Assembly: GCA_964016885.1 (NCBI GenBank)
Contig: OZ024744.1
Span: forward strand, 33,480,001-33,544,000
Direction of reading: 5' to 3'
Source of the DNA: Eledone cirrhosa
Lineage: Eukaryota
Length of the DNA: 64,000 nt
Every line of letters starts with the position of its first letter. Within the stretch, counting starts at the first letter, position 1. Under the pieces are notes generated by a model, which worked only from the letters and a program-made list of their open reading frames with translations, had not been told where the DNA came from and did no database searches. A program made the position numbers and the translations under genes. This document shows, one piece after another, positions 25,641-38,525 of the stretch.

Positions 25641-26404
25641 CTACATACACGCGTACATGTGAACATACGAATTGACACGATGGGAGCCTAAAACGTGGTC
25701 GCACGACCTGTTAGAAATAGCAGCCACGTCTTCACGAAATCAATTAACGGAACAGTCTTGCTTGTGAAATTAGCTTTCAAGTGGCTGAGCATTCCTCAGA
25801 CAGATATAGAAAGTGACTGGTAGAAAGTAAAGAGAGAGAGAGAGAGAGACACACATAGTGGTATAGAAAGTGACTGAGAGAGAAGAGGAGAAGGAGAGAG
25901 TAACGTGTGCGTGGTGTGTGTGTGGTGTGTGTGTGTGTGTGTGTGTCACACACACACACACATGGAGATATAGAAAGTGACAGAGAGATAAAAAGAGAGA
26001 GAATAATGTGTGTGTGCTGTTTGTCTGTGTGTGTATGTGTGGTATGCATGGTATGCATGGGTGCGTATGTATGTGGTGTATGCATATGTATGTGTGGCGT
26101 GTGTATGTAAGTGAGAGTGAGAGAAAGAGATACACACATATACACACACACACATAGACATACACATTCATTGAGTCCATGTGTGTACATAGGACTATGT
26201 GTGCGTTTATGTCTACGTGTATGTTGATACATGTTCGTGTTAATCTGTGTTTATTAACTATATATATGTGGACAAATGTGTTATATATATGAGATGTATA
26301 TGATAAATATATAATATATATATATATATTATATATATAATATATATATATATTTATATATATATATATGATATATATATGATAAATATATGATATATAT
26401 ATGA

Positions 26405-26490
<86 letters not shown>

Positions 26491-26500
26491 GATATATATT

Positions 26501-26531
<31 letters not shown>

Positions 26532-26590
26532 GATATATATTTATATATATATATATATATATATATACCTATATATATATATGTGTGCGA

Positions 26591-26668
<78 letters not shown>

Positions 26669-26694
26669 ATATAGTGCAAATTTGGACGGACCTG

Positions 26695-26740
<46 letters not shown>

Positions 26741-26744
<4 letters not shown>

Positions 26745-27173
26745 TTGCGAGGTTTTTTATATGAAATCGTGTGTCGAAACAAATATAGTTATACTTGGGG
26801 AGGGTCATATTTGTGTAATATTACCAGAATTAATAACAGAACACACTCACTGTTTGGTTGCTTTTCGCTTCTGTGTCTTTTATATCGGTTAATTTAATTT
26901 ATTCGGTCCTCAATGTTACCATTAACTGACCAACGGTAAAAAATACAGATACAATATAGACACAAACAGATATATATAGACTTGTTAGACTATATATATG
27001 TGATTGTGTCTATATTGTATCTGTATTTTTTACCGTTGGTCAGTCAATGGTAACATTGAGGACCGAATAAATTAAATTAACCGATATAAAAGACACAGAA
27101 GCGAAAACCAACCAAACAGTGAGTGTGTTCTGTTATTAATTCTGGCAATATCATTACACAAATATGACCCTCC

Positions 27174-27176
<3 letters not shown>
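26741..27176. mobile_element. Large fold-back element P3 in (TA)n
   Basis: About 170-bp inverted arms at 26796-26965 and 27005-27176. Diverged relatives at 4488-4680 and 51268-51340. Confidence 0.8.
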
Positions 27177-27232
<56 letters not shown>

Positions 27233-27236
<4 letters not shown>

Positions 27237-28319
27237 GGGCAGGTAAAATTTCCTAGATCCATGGACGAGTTCTCTCCAGTGGTCTCTCTCCTTCATCATA
27301 TCCCGTGCCTCCTCGAGACCAGTGTCTGTCCTTAATTCATTAACATATGTCAACCTCGGCCTTCCTCCTTCAGTGTGTCCGTGTAGGGCAGAGGTACTCA
27401 AAGTGGGTGCTACCGCCTCCAAGCGGGGAGTTGAGAAGGTCAAGTGGCATTGGGGCCTAAGAAGGTGGTAGATATGATATAATAGTATATTAAATAACAC
27501 ATGATACATATCTATATCTATATGTGAGTGTAAATATAGTAAAATAAAAAAAATATATAATATTTATTTATACATAGTATATATTATAATATTTATTATA
27601 TATAAAATGTTATTTATTATATATTATTTACAATTTGTGTGTAGGTAGGTCTTTCTGGAAATAGGGGTGGGGGCTGAGGGTATTACGTGGCCATGAAAGG
27701 GGTGTGGTGACCCAAAATGTTTGAGAAACTCTGGTGTAGGGGCTCCCACAGGACCATTGAGTGCAGCATCAACTCTAGTGTCGGTGAGCATGTTCAGCTA
27801 ACCTCAGTTTCCTCTGTGTCACTTTCGAGCTGACTTTTGGGAGGCTCCCGTACAGTTCTGAGTTCTTCATCCTCTGTGTATACTGATTAATGTTCAGAGC
27901 CATCTTCAGCATCTTCGTCTAGCACCCATCCACCATAGTTCTGGTGACAAACACAGTGAAGGTGGCAGAGGAGTTGATGCGATAGGTGGAGACTGTGTCG
28001 ATGAGTGTGGGGATGAGAATGAATGGGATTAAGACTAAGTATCTGGTAGAAAATATTAAGAAGCCAGAGAAGATTACTAATGTAGGTGGGAAGCCGCTAG
28101 AGCTGGTTGAGGACTTTCTGTATTTGGGAGCAAAGATTGGGAACACAGAGGATGATGTGGTGGAGAGGAAGAACAAAGCCTGGGCGGCATGCCACAGTTT
28201 GAGATCGGTGTGGAAGTCGAACCTTCGTAAAGACCTGAAGATCCATCTCTTCGTTGCTACAGTAGAGTCTGTGCTGCTGCACGTGTCTGAGGCATGGACA
28301 CTGACCAACAGACTCATTC

Positions 28320-28320
<1 letters not shown>
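27233..28320 (-). mobile_element. RTE-like LINE with 5' inversion, interrupted by a hAT MITE
   Basis: The + segment 27935-28320 ends EAWTLTNRL. The - segment 27932-27734 continues VDGC*TKMLKMALN..VLWEPLH. The - segment 27388-27233 continues LHGHTEGGRPRLTY..WRELV. Confidence 0.85.
27389..27733. mobile_element. hAT (Charlie-like) MITE
   Basis: TIRs CAGAGGTACTCAAA and CAGAGTTTCTCAAA (reverse complement). 8-bp TSD GTGTAGGG at 27381-27388 and 27734-27741. Confidence 0.88.
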
Positions 28321-28379
<59 letters not shown>

Positions 28380-30708
28380 TTCTTTATTGGCCACAAGGGC
28401 TGACTCGAGAAAAATATCAAACGGAACAGGACGGTACGATGTGGGTTTTGTGCGTGTAAATATTTTTATTATTTATATAAGAAAAGAAGAAAAAAAAAGG
28501 ACCTAGAAACATATATAAACAATAAAAATGAAAATTGAAACAATGAAAAATTCCCCAATAGAGGGGAAACCTCCGAGGGTTACTCGTGGCGAAAACCACA
28601 CAAAAGACCACGGCCACCCTGACCACCAGGGAAAGCGCCCTCTCTCAATTTTTTCCATCTCTCAAACTACAGGCGTATATTCAGAGTGGTCCCGTTCACT
28701 CGGACCATTCTCGCTACATTCACCCACCTTTCAACAAACTTGCTAGAAAGCAGCACTTGCCTCTCCACCCTGATTTTCCTCTTCAAGTGAAACTTGAAAA
28801 AGTTAATTAGGGATTCGCCGAAGAGGAAAGTGTCTGTCTTTAACCCTTTTAACCTTGTCCACCACACAATCTCTTTCGCCATGGCCACCAGGCAGATGAA
28901 AACCGCCTGCCCTTCCTCCTCGAAGGAAGACGGCGAGACCATCTGCACAATGGACTCAGTCGACAACCGGATCAGTCCCACACGCGACAGCATCTGTTCG
29001 ACATAGCTCCACAAGTCAGCAATGCTCGGACACTGAATGAGTGCGTGCACGACGGTTTCGTCGCTCTGCGCGCATCTCGGACAGGCTCGACTGACGGCAC
29101 TTCCGTGCCTGTAGAGCTTATCTCGAACCGGCAGCGCTCCCCAGTAGCACTGCCAGGCCAGGGATTTTTGGAAGTTATCCATAGGCCCTGGGCTGAAAGT
29201 TCTCCGGAATAGAGCAAGCAGCTGATCTTCTTCGACGCCCAGGATCTCTCCGAGAATGTCGTCGCTCTTCCCCTCCACTAGTCCTCTATAGAACGCTGAG
29301 GTGGATGTTCCACCGATACTGGTGCCCAGCTGGCAGAGGGCAGTGAGCGCCTGGAGACATTCCAGTTTCCAAGCGCTATCCCTCGGTCTTTTTCTGACCC
29401 AGGACTGCAGCTCCGTCAAGAAGACGAGCTGTGGGGAAACGTGCCTGGCGAACGGTGACCCCACCTGTTCACCATCAAGGAAGCACCAGAGATGTCGCAG
29501 CCTCAGCGCATGTTTGCACATCATCAGCCATGCCATGCCCAGTCCTCCACGCAACGGGTGTTGACAGCAGATGGATCGTCTGACCATGAGAGCGCGTCCT
29601 TTCCACAAAAAGCGGAAGAGGAGGCGCTCCATTTTGGTGAGAGTTGGGCTGGAGCAAGGGACGACGGTGAGGCCGTAGCAGATGACGGATGCGATGTACG
29701 CATTCGCCACCTCCGCCCGGCTTTTCAGGGACAGCTTCCTCTCGGCCCATTTCTGGGTGAGAGAGGCTACCCTGCCCGTCACCTCGTTCCAGTTTTTCTC
29801 CATCTGGAGGTCCGGTCCGAACCAGATCCCGAGCAATTTAACCTGTCCGTCCGTCCAACGCCCCACAACGCTGTCGGAGGGCATGGACTTGCCTCTCCAG
29901 GTGCCGAGCTGCAAGCACACCGACTTTTCCTGGTTTATCTTTGTTCTTGTCACCGCTTCGTATTCCTTGAGAGCGGTGCCGAGCATCTGGAGGTGTCTGG
30001 TGCTCGACACCACCACGGTGACGTGTCAGCGTAAGCCGACTCGGATTTCCCTCATCCTAGTTCGCGTGAGACGCCCCTCAACGCCCCCCGTTTGTGCAGT
30101 AACGGCTCGAGAACCAATACGTACAAGAGGGACGAGAGGGGACAACCCTGGCGGACTGAACGCATGATATTGAACGGCTGCGACAGGTGACCGTTCACCC
30201 TCACAACTGAGCAGATGTCGCTGTACATTGCTGCGATCCAACCCATGAAAAGGGGCCCTAAACCGGCTGCCTCGAGGACCGCCGCCAGGTACCGATGGTC
30301 GACCCTATCGAATGCTTTGGATTGATCCAAGTTGATCAGGGCTCCACCCGTGCCAGGTTCCTTACCCACCCTCTCTATGATGTATCGCATGAGGTGGGGG
30401 TTGTCGTGTATGGATCTGTCCGGAATGGCGCATGTCTGCGCCTCTTCCACCAGACCCTTGACGACAAGCGCCAACCTCGTTGCTAACACCTTGGCCAAAA
30501 TCTTGAACTCTGCGTTTAGCATGTTATGGGCCTGAAATTATCGATAACATCCCCCTTGTTCGGGTCTTTTCTCAGCAACGCCACTGCTCCCCGGCTCACA
30601 AAACTGGGAATGCTCCCGTTCTGCTGCCAGTTGCAGTAGACGTCTGCAAAGAGGTCACTGAACAAGTCTGGCATAAATGCATAAAGCTCGTAGGGCAGAC
30701 AATCCAAA
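28380..30708 (-). mobile_element. Tx1-like (L1 group) non-LTR retrotransposon family A, 5'-truncated, in (TAA)n
   Basis: NFRPIT, LDQSKAFDRVDH, VRQGCPLS, frameshifted YADD at about 30030, WAERKLSLKSR, CCHC CPRC..HALIQC. 3' end cccttgtggccaataaagaa(tta)n. Confidence 0.9.
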
Positions 30709-30761
<53 letters not shown>

Positions 30762-30763
<2 letters not shown>

Positions 30764-31245
30764 TTTTCTTTATTAACCACAAGGGTTTACATAAAGTAGA
30801 CATTAAGGACAGTACAGGACAATACAGGGCGGTACAAATGGGCATTTCTGCGTGTAAAAAAAACAGAGGATGAAATAAAATAACGAAGAAAAATTCCCCA
30901 ATAGGGGGGAGACTTCCGAGGGACATTTGTGGAGAAAGCCCATTAAAAGACCACAGTGGCCCTGACCACCAGGGCAAGTGCCCTCTCCCAGTTTTCCACC
31001 TTTAATTTACAGACACATACTCAGAGAAGACCCATTCATTCGGGCCATACTTGCTTCTCTCACCCATCTTTCAACAAAATGCTGGGAAGAGAGCACTTCC
31101 CTCTCTACCCTGATTTTCCTTTTCAGATGAAATTTGAAAAAGTTAATCAGGGCATCACCGAAGAAGTAAGTGCTCGTCTTCAGCCCTTTCAAACGTGTCC
31201 ACCACATACTATCTCTTTCGCCATGGCCACCAGACAGATAAAAAC
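30762..31245 (-). mobile_element. Tx1-like family B 3' fragment
   Basis: WWTRLKGLKT..LINFFKFHLKRKIRVER. 3' end cccttgtggttaataaagaaaac(att)n. Confidence 0.85.
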
Positions 31246-31258
31246 AATAATAATAATA

Positions 31259-31610
31259 AAAATTGAGCAAGTATAAGGACCTGGAGATAGAAATTGGAAA
31301 AATGTGGGAATTGAGAACTAAAACAATACCAGTGGTTGTAGGCGCTCTGGGAATGATACCTAAGGGGTCTAATGATTACTTATCGCAAATCCCAGGAAAC
31401 CCGCGTATAGGAGAAATACAAAATGGGAACTGCCCATATATTAAGGAAGATTCTGTCAATATAAGTACATCACAAGTCTAAACACCTAAAGATGCATGTA
31501 TGTGTATGTATGTTCTTTCTTGAACATGGCGGACCTTGTTGTCTCTTGAGGTCACTGGTTGTGACTTGGTGATAACTCGTATGAACATAAAGCAAGATAA
31601 ATGCAACTGT
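31259..31610 (+). mobile_element. RLE non-LTR family C 3' fragment
   Basis: KYKDLEIEI..IPVVVGALG. Matches 35238-35594. Confidence 0.85.
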
Positions 31611-31636
31611 AATAATAATAATAATATAATAATAAT

Positions 31637-31934
31637 TTAACCGATACCAGGACTTAAAGTGGGGGGTAAAAAGGATTTGGAACTGCCATGAAGTCAAAGT
31701 GGTCCCGATTGTCATAGGCACACTAGGTACTATCTCAAAGAGTTTCTAAGGATGGTTAAAGAAAATTGATCCCGCCCCGCTTTTTGGAACACTTCAAAAG
31801 GCATGCATGCTTGCTGGGAACAGCAAGAACCCTCCGATACGTCCTGAATATCTGAGGCTGTAGGTAGTGGCTTGATATTCATTTCAACAAACTTTCCAGT
31901 TAAATAACATCAATGACTGAGACTCAAAGAACAA
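31637..31934 (+). mobile_element. RLE non-LTR family D 3' fragment
   Basis: Matches 34445-34735. Confidence 0.85.
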
Positions 31935-32754
31935 GGGCTGACATCAAGAAAAACATTACAGACAGCACAGGACGGTACAGGACGGTACGATGTGGGTTTT
32001 GTGCGTGTAATGATTTTTATTATTTATATAAGAAAAGAAAAAAAAGGACATAGAAACATATATATATATATATAAACAATAAAAATGAAAATTGAAACAA
32101 TGAAAAATTCCCCAATAGGGGGAAAACCTCCGAGGGTTACTCGTGGCGAAAACCACACAAAAGACCACGGCCACCCTGACCACCAGGGCAAGCGCCCTCT
32201 CTCAATTTTTCCATTTCTCAAACGTATATTCACCCACCTTTCAACAAACTTGCTAGAAAGCAGCACTTGCCTCTCCACACTGATATTCCTCTTCAAGTGA
32301 AACTTGAAAAAGTTAATTAGGGATTTGCCGAAGAGGAAAGTGTCTGTCTTTAAACCTTCCAACCTTGTCCACCACACAATCTCTTTCGCCATGGCCACCA
32401 GGCAGATGAAAACCGCCTGCCCTTCCTCTTCGAAGAAAGACGGCGAGACCATCTGCACAATGGACTCAGTCGATAACCGGATCGGTCCTACACGTGACAG
32501 CAACTGTTCGACATAGCTCCACAAGTCAGCAATGCTCGGGCACTGAACGAGAGCGTGCACGACGGTTTCGTCGCTCTGCGCGCATCTCGGACAGGCCCGG
32601 CTAACGGCACTTCCGTGCCTGTAGAGCTTATCTCGCACCGGCAACGCTCCCCGGTAGCACTGCCAGGCCAGGGATTTTTGGAAGTTATCGATAGGCCCCA
32701 GGCTGAAAGTTCTCCGGAAGAGAGCAAACAGCTGATCTTCTTCGACGCACAGGA
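31935..32754 (-). mobile_element. Tx1-like family A fragment lacking its tail
   Basis: Homologous to 28395-29246. Flanked by TCAAAGAACAA at 31924-31934 and 32755-32765. Confidence 0.85.
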
Positions 32755-32773
32755 TCAAAGAACAACAATAATG

Positions 32774-32805
<32 letters not shown>

Positions 32806-32806
<1 letters not shown>

Positions 32807-32960
32807 CTTTCTTTATTAACCACAAGGGTTTACACAAAGTAGACATTAAGGACAGTACAGGACAATACAGGACGGTACAAAAGGGCATTTCTGCGTGTAA
32901 AAAAACAAAAAAAAAACAGGGGATGTAATAATAGAACAATGAAAAATTCCCCAATAGGGG
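32806..32960 (-). mobile_element. Tx1-like family B 3' UTR
   Basis: Matches 30762-30908. Confidence 0.85.
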
Positions 32961-33015
<55 letters not shown>

Positions 33016-33018
<3 letters not shown>

Positions 33019-33140
33019 TGTTTCTACTTTAGGCACAAGGCCAGCAATTACCCAGTGCATTACTGGTACTTTATTTTATCGACCCTGTAAGGATGAAAGG
33101 CAAAGTTAACCTCGACGGGATTTGAACTCAGATCGTAAAG
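33016..33140 (-). mobile_element. SINE S1 in (TAA)n
   Basis: Reverse complement of the S1 body, with TAA repeats on both sides. Confidence 0.88.
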
Positions 33141-33173
33141 ATAATAATAATAATAATAATACCCCGACTCTGG

Positions 33174-33662
33174 GGTATGAGCATAAGCCAGAGTCGGTGA
33201 TAGAAAACGATCAGGTGAAGGTGCTGTGGGATTTTAGGATACAGACGTACAAGAAACTGGAACACAATAGACCTGACCTGGTGGTTTTGGACAAAGAAAA
33301 AAGATCGTGCCTGATTGTGGATGTGGCCTGCCCATTCGACACGAGAGTGCAAGAAAAGGAGAGGGAGAAAATTAACCGATACCAGGACTTAAAGTGGGAG
33401 GTAAAAAGGATTTGGAACTGCCATGAAGTCAAAGTGGTCCCGATTGTCATAGGCGCACTAGGTACTATCTCAAAAAGTTTCCAGGGATGGTTAAAGAAAA
33501 TTGGCCTCTTCACGCTTTTTGGAACGCTTCAAAATAATGCTTGCTGGGAACAGCAAGAACCCTCCGATACGTCCTGAATATGTGAGGCTGCAGGTAGTGG
33601 CTTGATATTCATTTCAACAAACTTTCCAGTTAACTAACATCAATGACTGAGACTCAAAGAAC
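33174..33662 (+). mobile_element. RLE non-LTR family D 3' fragment
   Basis: LWDFRIQT..HNRPDLVV..DVACPFD..EKINRYQDL. Confidence 0.9.
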
Positions 33663-33705
33663 AATAATAATAATAATAATAATAAAAATAATAATAATAA
33701 TAATA

Positions 33706-34735
33706 GACTCTACCTAAGGAGATCTGAGGGTGGAAGAGGTCTTATCAGCATAGAGGACTGTGTTCAGATGGAGAAAAACAACCTATACAAATACGTGACC
33801 TATAGTAAGGAGCCAATGCTCAGAACTGTACTGAAGGAGGGGACAGTAGGCCAGGGGATGTCCAGGGAGGAAATAACATCAAGGAGGAAGAGCAGCCTTA
33901 AGGGAAAACCCCTTCATAGTACCTTCTTTGAGAAAACTGAATTTAGAGATCCACAGACATGGAACTGGTTGAGAAGAGGAGACCTCAAAAAGGCTACAGA
34001 AGGAATGCTAATGGCTGCGCAGGAGCAGGCCCTCAAAACGAAGTGGTTGAAGCACCATATCTACAAGGAGGAGGCTAGCCCACTGTGCAGGATCTGTGGA
34101 GAGAGAGAGGAGACTGTGGCTCACATTGTGTCCGAGTGTAAACACCTAGCCCAGACCCACTATAAGGGCTGGAGACACGATGTGATGGGCAGGGTGATCC
34201 ACTGGCACCTGTGCAAAGTAAACAATCTACCACATTCTGAGAAATGGTATGAGCATAGGCCAGAGGCGGTGATGGAGAACAATCAGGTGAAGGTGCTGTG
34301 GGATTTTAGGATACAGACGGACAAAAAACTGGAACACAATAGACCTGACCTGGTGGTTGTGGACAAAGAAAAAAGATCGTGCCTGATTGTGGATGTGGCC
34401 TGCCCGTTCGACACGAGAGTGCAAGAGAAGGAGAGGGAGAAAATTAACCGATACCAGGACCTAAAGTGGGAGGTGAAAAGGATTTGGAACTGCCATGAAG
34501 TCAAAGTGATCCCGATTGTCATAGGCGCACTGGGGACTATCTCCAAAAGTTTCCAGGGATGGTTAAAGAAAATCGGCCCCTTCACGCTTTTTGGAACGCT
34601 TCAAAAGGCATGCTTGCTTGGAACAGCAAGAACCCTCCGATACGTCCTGAATATCTGAGTCTGCAGGTAGTGGCTTGATATTCAATCCAACGGACTTTCC
34701 AGTTAACCAACATCAATGACTGAGATTCAAGGAAT
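33706..34735 (+). mobile_element. RLE non-LTR family D (R4/Dong-like): CCHC finger and restriction-like endonuclease
   Basis: ORF 33768-34658 with CRICGEREETVAHIVSEC, RHD, NRPD and DVACP..K..RYQDL. (AAT)n on both sides. Confidence 0.92.
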
Positions 34736-34762
34736 AACAATAACAATAATAATAATAATAAT

Positions 34763-35593
34763 CAGTGGTTGGCATCCTCTGGACTGAAATCGGAGACTGA
34801 AGGACTGATTATATCGGCACAAGATCAGTGTCTGCCAACAAAAAATTACCAAGCCAACATAATAAAAAATGGGTGCAACCCATTATGCCGTGTATGCAAA
34901 AAAACAACCAGAGACCATTGACCATATAATTTCAATGTGCAGTCCTATAGCTCCAACCGAATACCTAAACAGGCATGACAGAGCTGCACAATACATACAT
35001 TGGATAATGTGTAAGCATTTTGACCTGCCCCATCAAAAGAATTGGTGGGAGCATCAACCACCTCCCATACTTGAAAAAGATCACATCTCAATCTTGTGGA
35101 ACTTTAGCATCCAAACAGACCGAAAAATAGATGCAAACAGACCTGATATAATATTGAAAGACTTTCAAAAGAGGGTATGCCTGCTAATTGATATGTCTGT
35201 TCCAATAGACAAGAATGTATCTATAAAAACATTTGAAAAATTGAGCAAGTATAAGGACCTGGAGATAGAAATTGGAAAAATGTGGAAATTGAGAACTAAA
35301 ACAATACCAGTGGTTGTAGGCGCTCTGGGAATGATACCTAAGGGGTCTAACGACTACTTATCGCAAATCCCAGGAAACCCGCGTATAGGAGAAATACAAA
35401 AGATAGTACTAATGGGAACTGCCCATATACTAAGGAAGATTCTGTCAATATAAGTACATCACAAGTCTAAACACTAAGGATGCATGTGTGAATATGTATG
35501 TTCTTTCTTGAACATGGCGGACCTTGTTGTCTCTTGAGGTCACTGGTTGTGACTTGGTGATAACTCGTATGAACATAAAGCAAGATTGATGCA

Positions 35594-35594
<1 letters not shown>
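34763..35594 (+). mobile_element. RLE non-LTR family C: CCHC finger and endonuclease
   Basis: LKSETEGLIISAQDQ, ETIDHIISMC, RHD, NRPDII, KYKDL. Followed by (TAA)n to 35680. Confidence 0.9.
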
Positions 35595-35681
<87 letters not shown>

Positions 35682-36574
35682 GTGAGCAAAATCGAAGTTG
35701 CAGCTGCGATTAGCATTTTTCGAAATCAAACTTCTGAGGCTGGGATAAGGCACTCAATGAGGTGATATCGATAAATCGATAGATTATTGTTCAGAGTAAT
35801 AACAATATATAAGAATAACATTAAGAGATGACATAAATCGTTTATTCGTTATAATTATTTCAATGGTCCCCTATATAATCCAAGCTGTAGTATATGCATT
35901 TGTTGTTGGTATGGGAACGATAACTTGAGATGAAATATCCGTTTATGTGATATGCTGGAGGCAAAAAATAAAGAAAAAAAACGATATGTCCTTCTTATTG
36001 CGAGCTCAGCAAGCATATGTTCCTAAAAGGTTCCTTCCAGCTAACAGTTTTTGAAGCGAGGTGTGATTGATGTGTCAGTTAACGATTCTGAATTCTTCAA
36101 CTGACCATAGTCCCGAGGTTGTATATTATCAGAAGGATATTTTTCTTGTCTATACGTGGGAAGGAAATTGGTCGAAATTCCTGACATTTAGTCTACGAGT
36201 ACCCAGTTGGTGAATTCTGTCAGATAGTGGGTGCAATATATAAATCAAAATGTATGCAATAAAACCTATAATACACGGCGTATAACTTCCTAGGTACTCG
36301 GAGTTTCCTGAAGCATTCTGACGCTATTGTTGCTTCGGGACACTCTGGGAATCTAAGAAGACATACTCTAGTTAGACATGTTTTATATATAAAATATCAT
36401 ACCTACGATGGGCTTACAATTGTAAGGTTGTGAGTTCTATTGACGGACCAGTCGTTGCGTTGAGTTCTTGAGCAAGACACTAATTCCACGTTGATCCAAT
36501 TCACTCAGCTGTAGAAATGAGTTGTGACGTCACTGGTGTCAAGCTGTATCGGTCATTACCTTTCTTTTGGACGA

Positions 36575-36654
<80 letters not shown>

Positions 36655-36671
36655 TATATATATATATATAT

Positions 36672-36851
36672 GACGAAGGTGTTGTGGTAAGGAACCAGAT
36701 GGACCATAACGCACCAAAGTACTCAATACTTAGGGTAGTAGAATGGGTAATAGGAAAATGTATGACTCCGACGGCAGAGCTCAAGCCGTTTCGACGTCCA
36801 GAAATAGCCGTCGAAACGGCTTAAGCTCTGCCGTCGGGGTCATACATTTTT

Positions 36852-36855
<4 letters not shown>
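36672..36855. mobile_element. Fold-back element P1
   Basis: Matches 5955-6153, with asymmetric arms. Confidence 0.8.
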
Positions 36856-36889
<34 letters not shown>

Positions 36890-36899
36890 GGAAAAAATG

Positions 36900-36954
<55 letters not shown>

Positions 36955-36957
<3 letters not shown>

Positions 36958-37492
36958 TATATATAATGTTTTGACGTCACTAGTCTTGGATAACATCATA
37001 TACTCTGTATATATAATGTTTTGACGTCACTAGTCTTGGACAATATCATATACAGTATATATATATAGTGTATATATAATTGTTTCTACTTTCGGCACAA
37101 GGCCAGCAATTACCCAGTACATTACTGGTACTTTATTTTATCAACCTCGTAAGGATGAAAGGCAAAGTTAACCTTGGCGGGATTTGAACTCAGATCGTAA
37201 AGGGACGTAACTATATAGTATATATATAATGTTTTGACCACTAGTCTTGGACAATATCATATACAGTGTATATATATAGTGTATATATAATGTTTTGACG
37301 TCACTAGTCTTGGACAACATCATATACAGTGTATATATATAGTATATATATATATATAGTGTATATATATAATGATTTGACGTCACTAGTCTTAGACAAC
37401 ATCATATACAGAGTGTAGTATATATATGTGTATATACAGTGTATATATACAGTGTATATATAATGTTTTGACATCACTAGTCTTGGACAACA
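36955..37492 (+). repeat. Minisatellite of about 6 units (aatgttttgacgtcactagtcttggacaacatcatatacag plus TA spacer)
   Basis: Direct inspection. Confidence 0.85.
37078..37213 (-). mobile_element. SINE S1
   Basis: Reverse complement of S1, with an approximate TSD tagt(g/a)tatatataat. Confidence 0.85.
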
Positions 37493-37715
37493 AAGGTGGC
37501 GTGGTGAGGGGAGTCTGACATACATGGGCAACTGGTGGTCTTCCACAAGCAACATTGCTCGGAGTTGGGTCTCGGAGGGGAAATTTCTAGGAGCAAATCA
37601 CGTGGTTATTCGTGACCGAAGGGGCTCTTTACACTTTACCTCTATGTTTACATATTGAGGATTGTTTCTTTAGTGATTACAACCCACATTGAAGCAACAA
37701 TATATGCATATGTAA

Positions 37716-37817
<102 letters not shown>

Positions 37818-38107
37818 CCAACTAACAGAGAACGAAGGACAACCACAGATATGAACTTCCCTCTATAAATATATATGTAAAAACTAATAATTTTTCTTCC
37901 CCTTTTTATTATACGTATAGATATGCAACTTAATTGCATTATGCACACCCGCAGTTGAAAAAGCATATAATGCTGAAACCGGTACCATTATTAAATGCGG
38001 AAACACCCACTTTATAAATAAATGTTTTGATATTATATTGAAAAAATCTCTCCAGCATTTACTATTGAAAAAATGTTTTTACCTTTTTACTATTTGTTTA
38101 TATATAG

Positions 38108-38143
<36 letters not shown>

Positions 38144-38463
38144 AAAAAGTAGAGAATAACATGGTCAACAGTACAAAAAAGGGGATTTATTTACAGTCTA
38201 ACAATTGTTTCTCTGATAAAATTGTCTAAAAATTGTCTAAAAATTGCCGAACACTAGATGCAGTGCCACTCAATTTCAAATACAATGCTAACGCGATCAG
38301 ATCTTCAGAAACTGTAGGAATACATAGGAATACAAGTGAAATCATAAACTCGTCATCTATGTAAACATCTTGTTGAGTCAAACAATGCCGTATACTAAAA
38401 CTATCCATAATAAGAAGTATTCACAACCTCTAACTGGATTACCTATAACGATATTTTGTTACC

Positions 38464-38525
<62 letters not shown>

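Larger units (their letters stand above)
36410..37645 (+). mobile_element. CORE-SINE split by P1, (TA)n, an internal minisatellite and SINE S1
   Basis: B box and CORE at 36425-36520. Probable tail at 37492-37645. Confidence 0.6.

Noticed and set aside
35690-36400. Unique-looking sequence as exons
   Set aside because: No convincing splice-site pair or recognisable reading frame.
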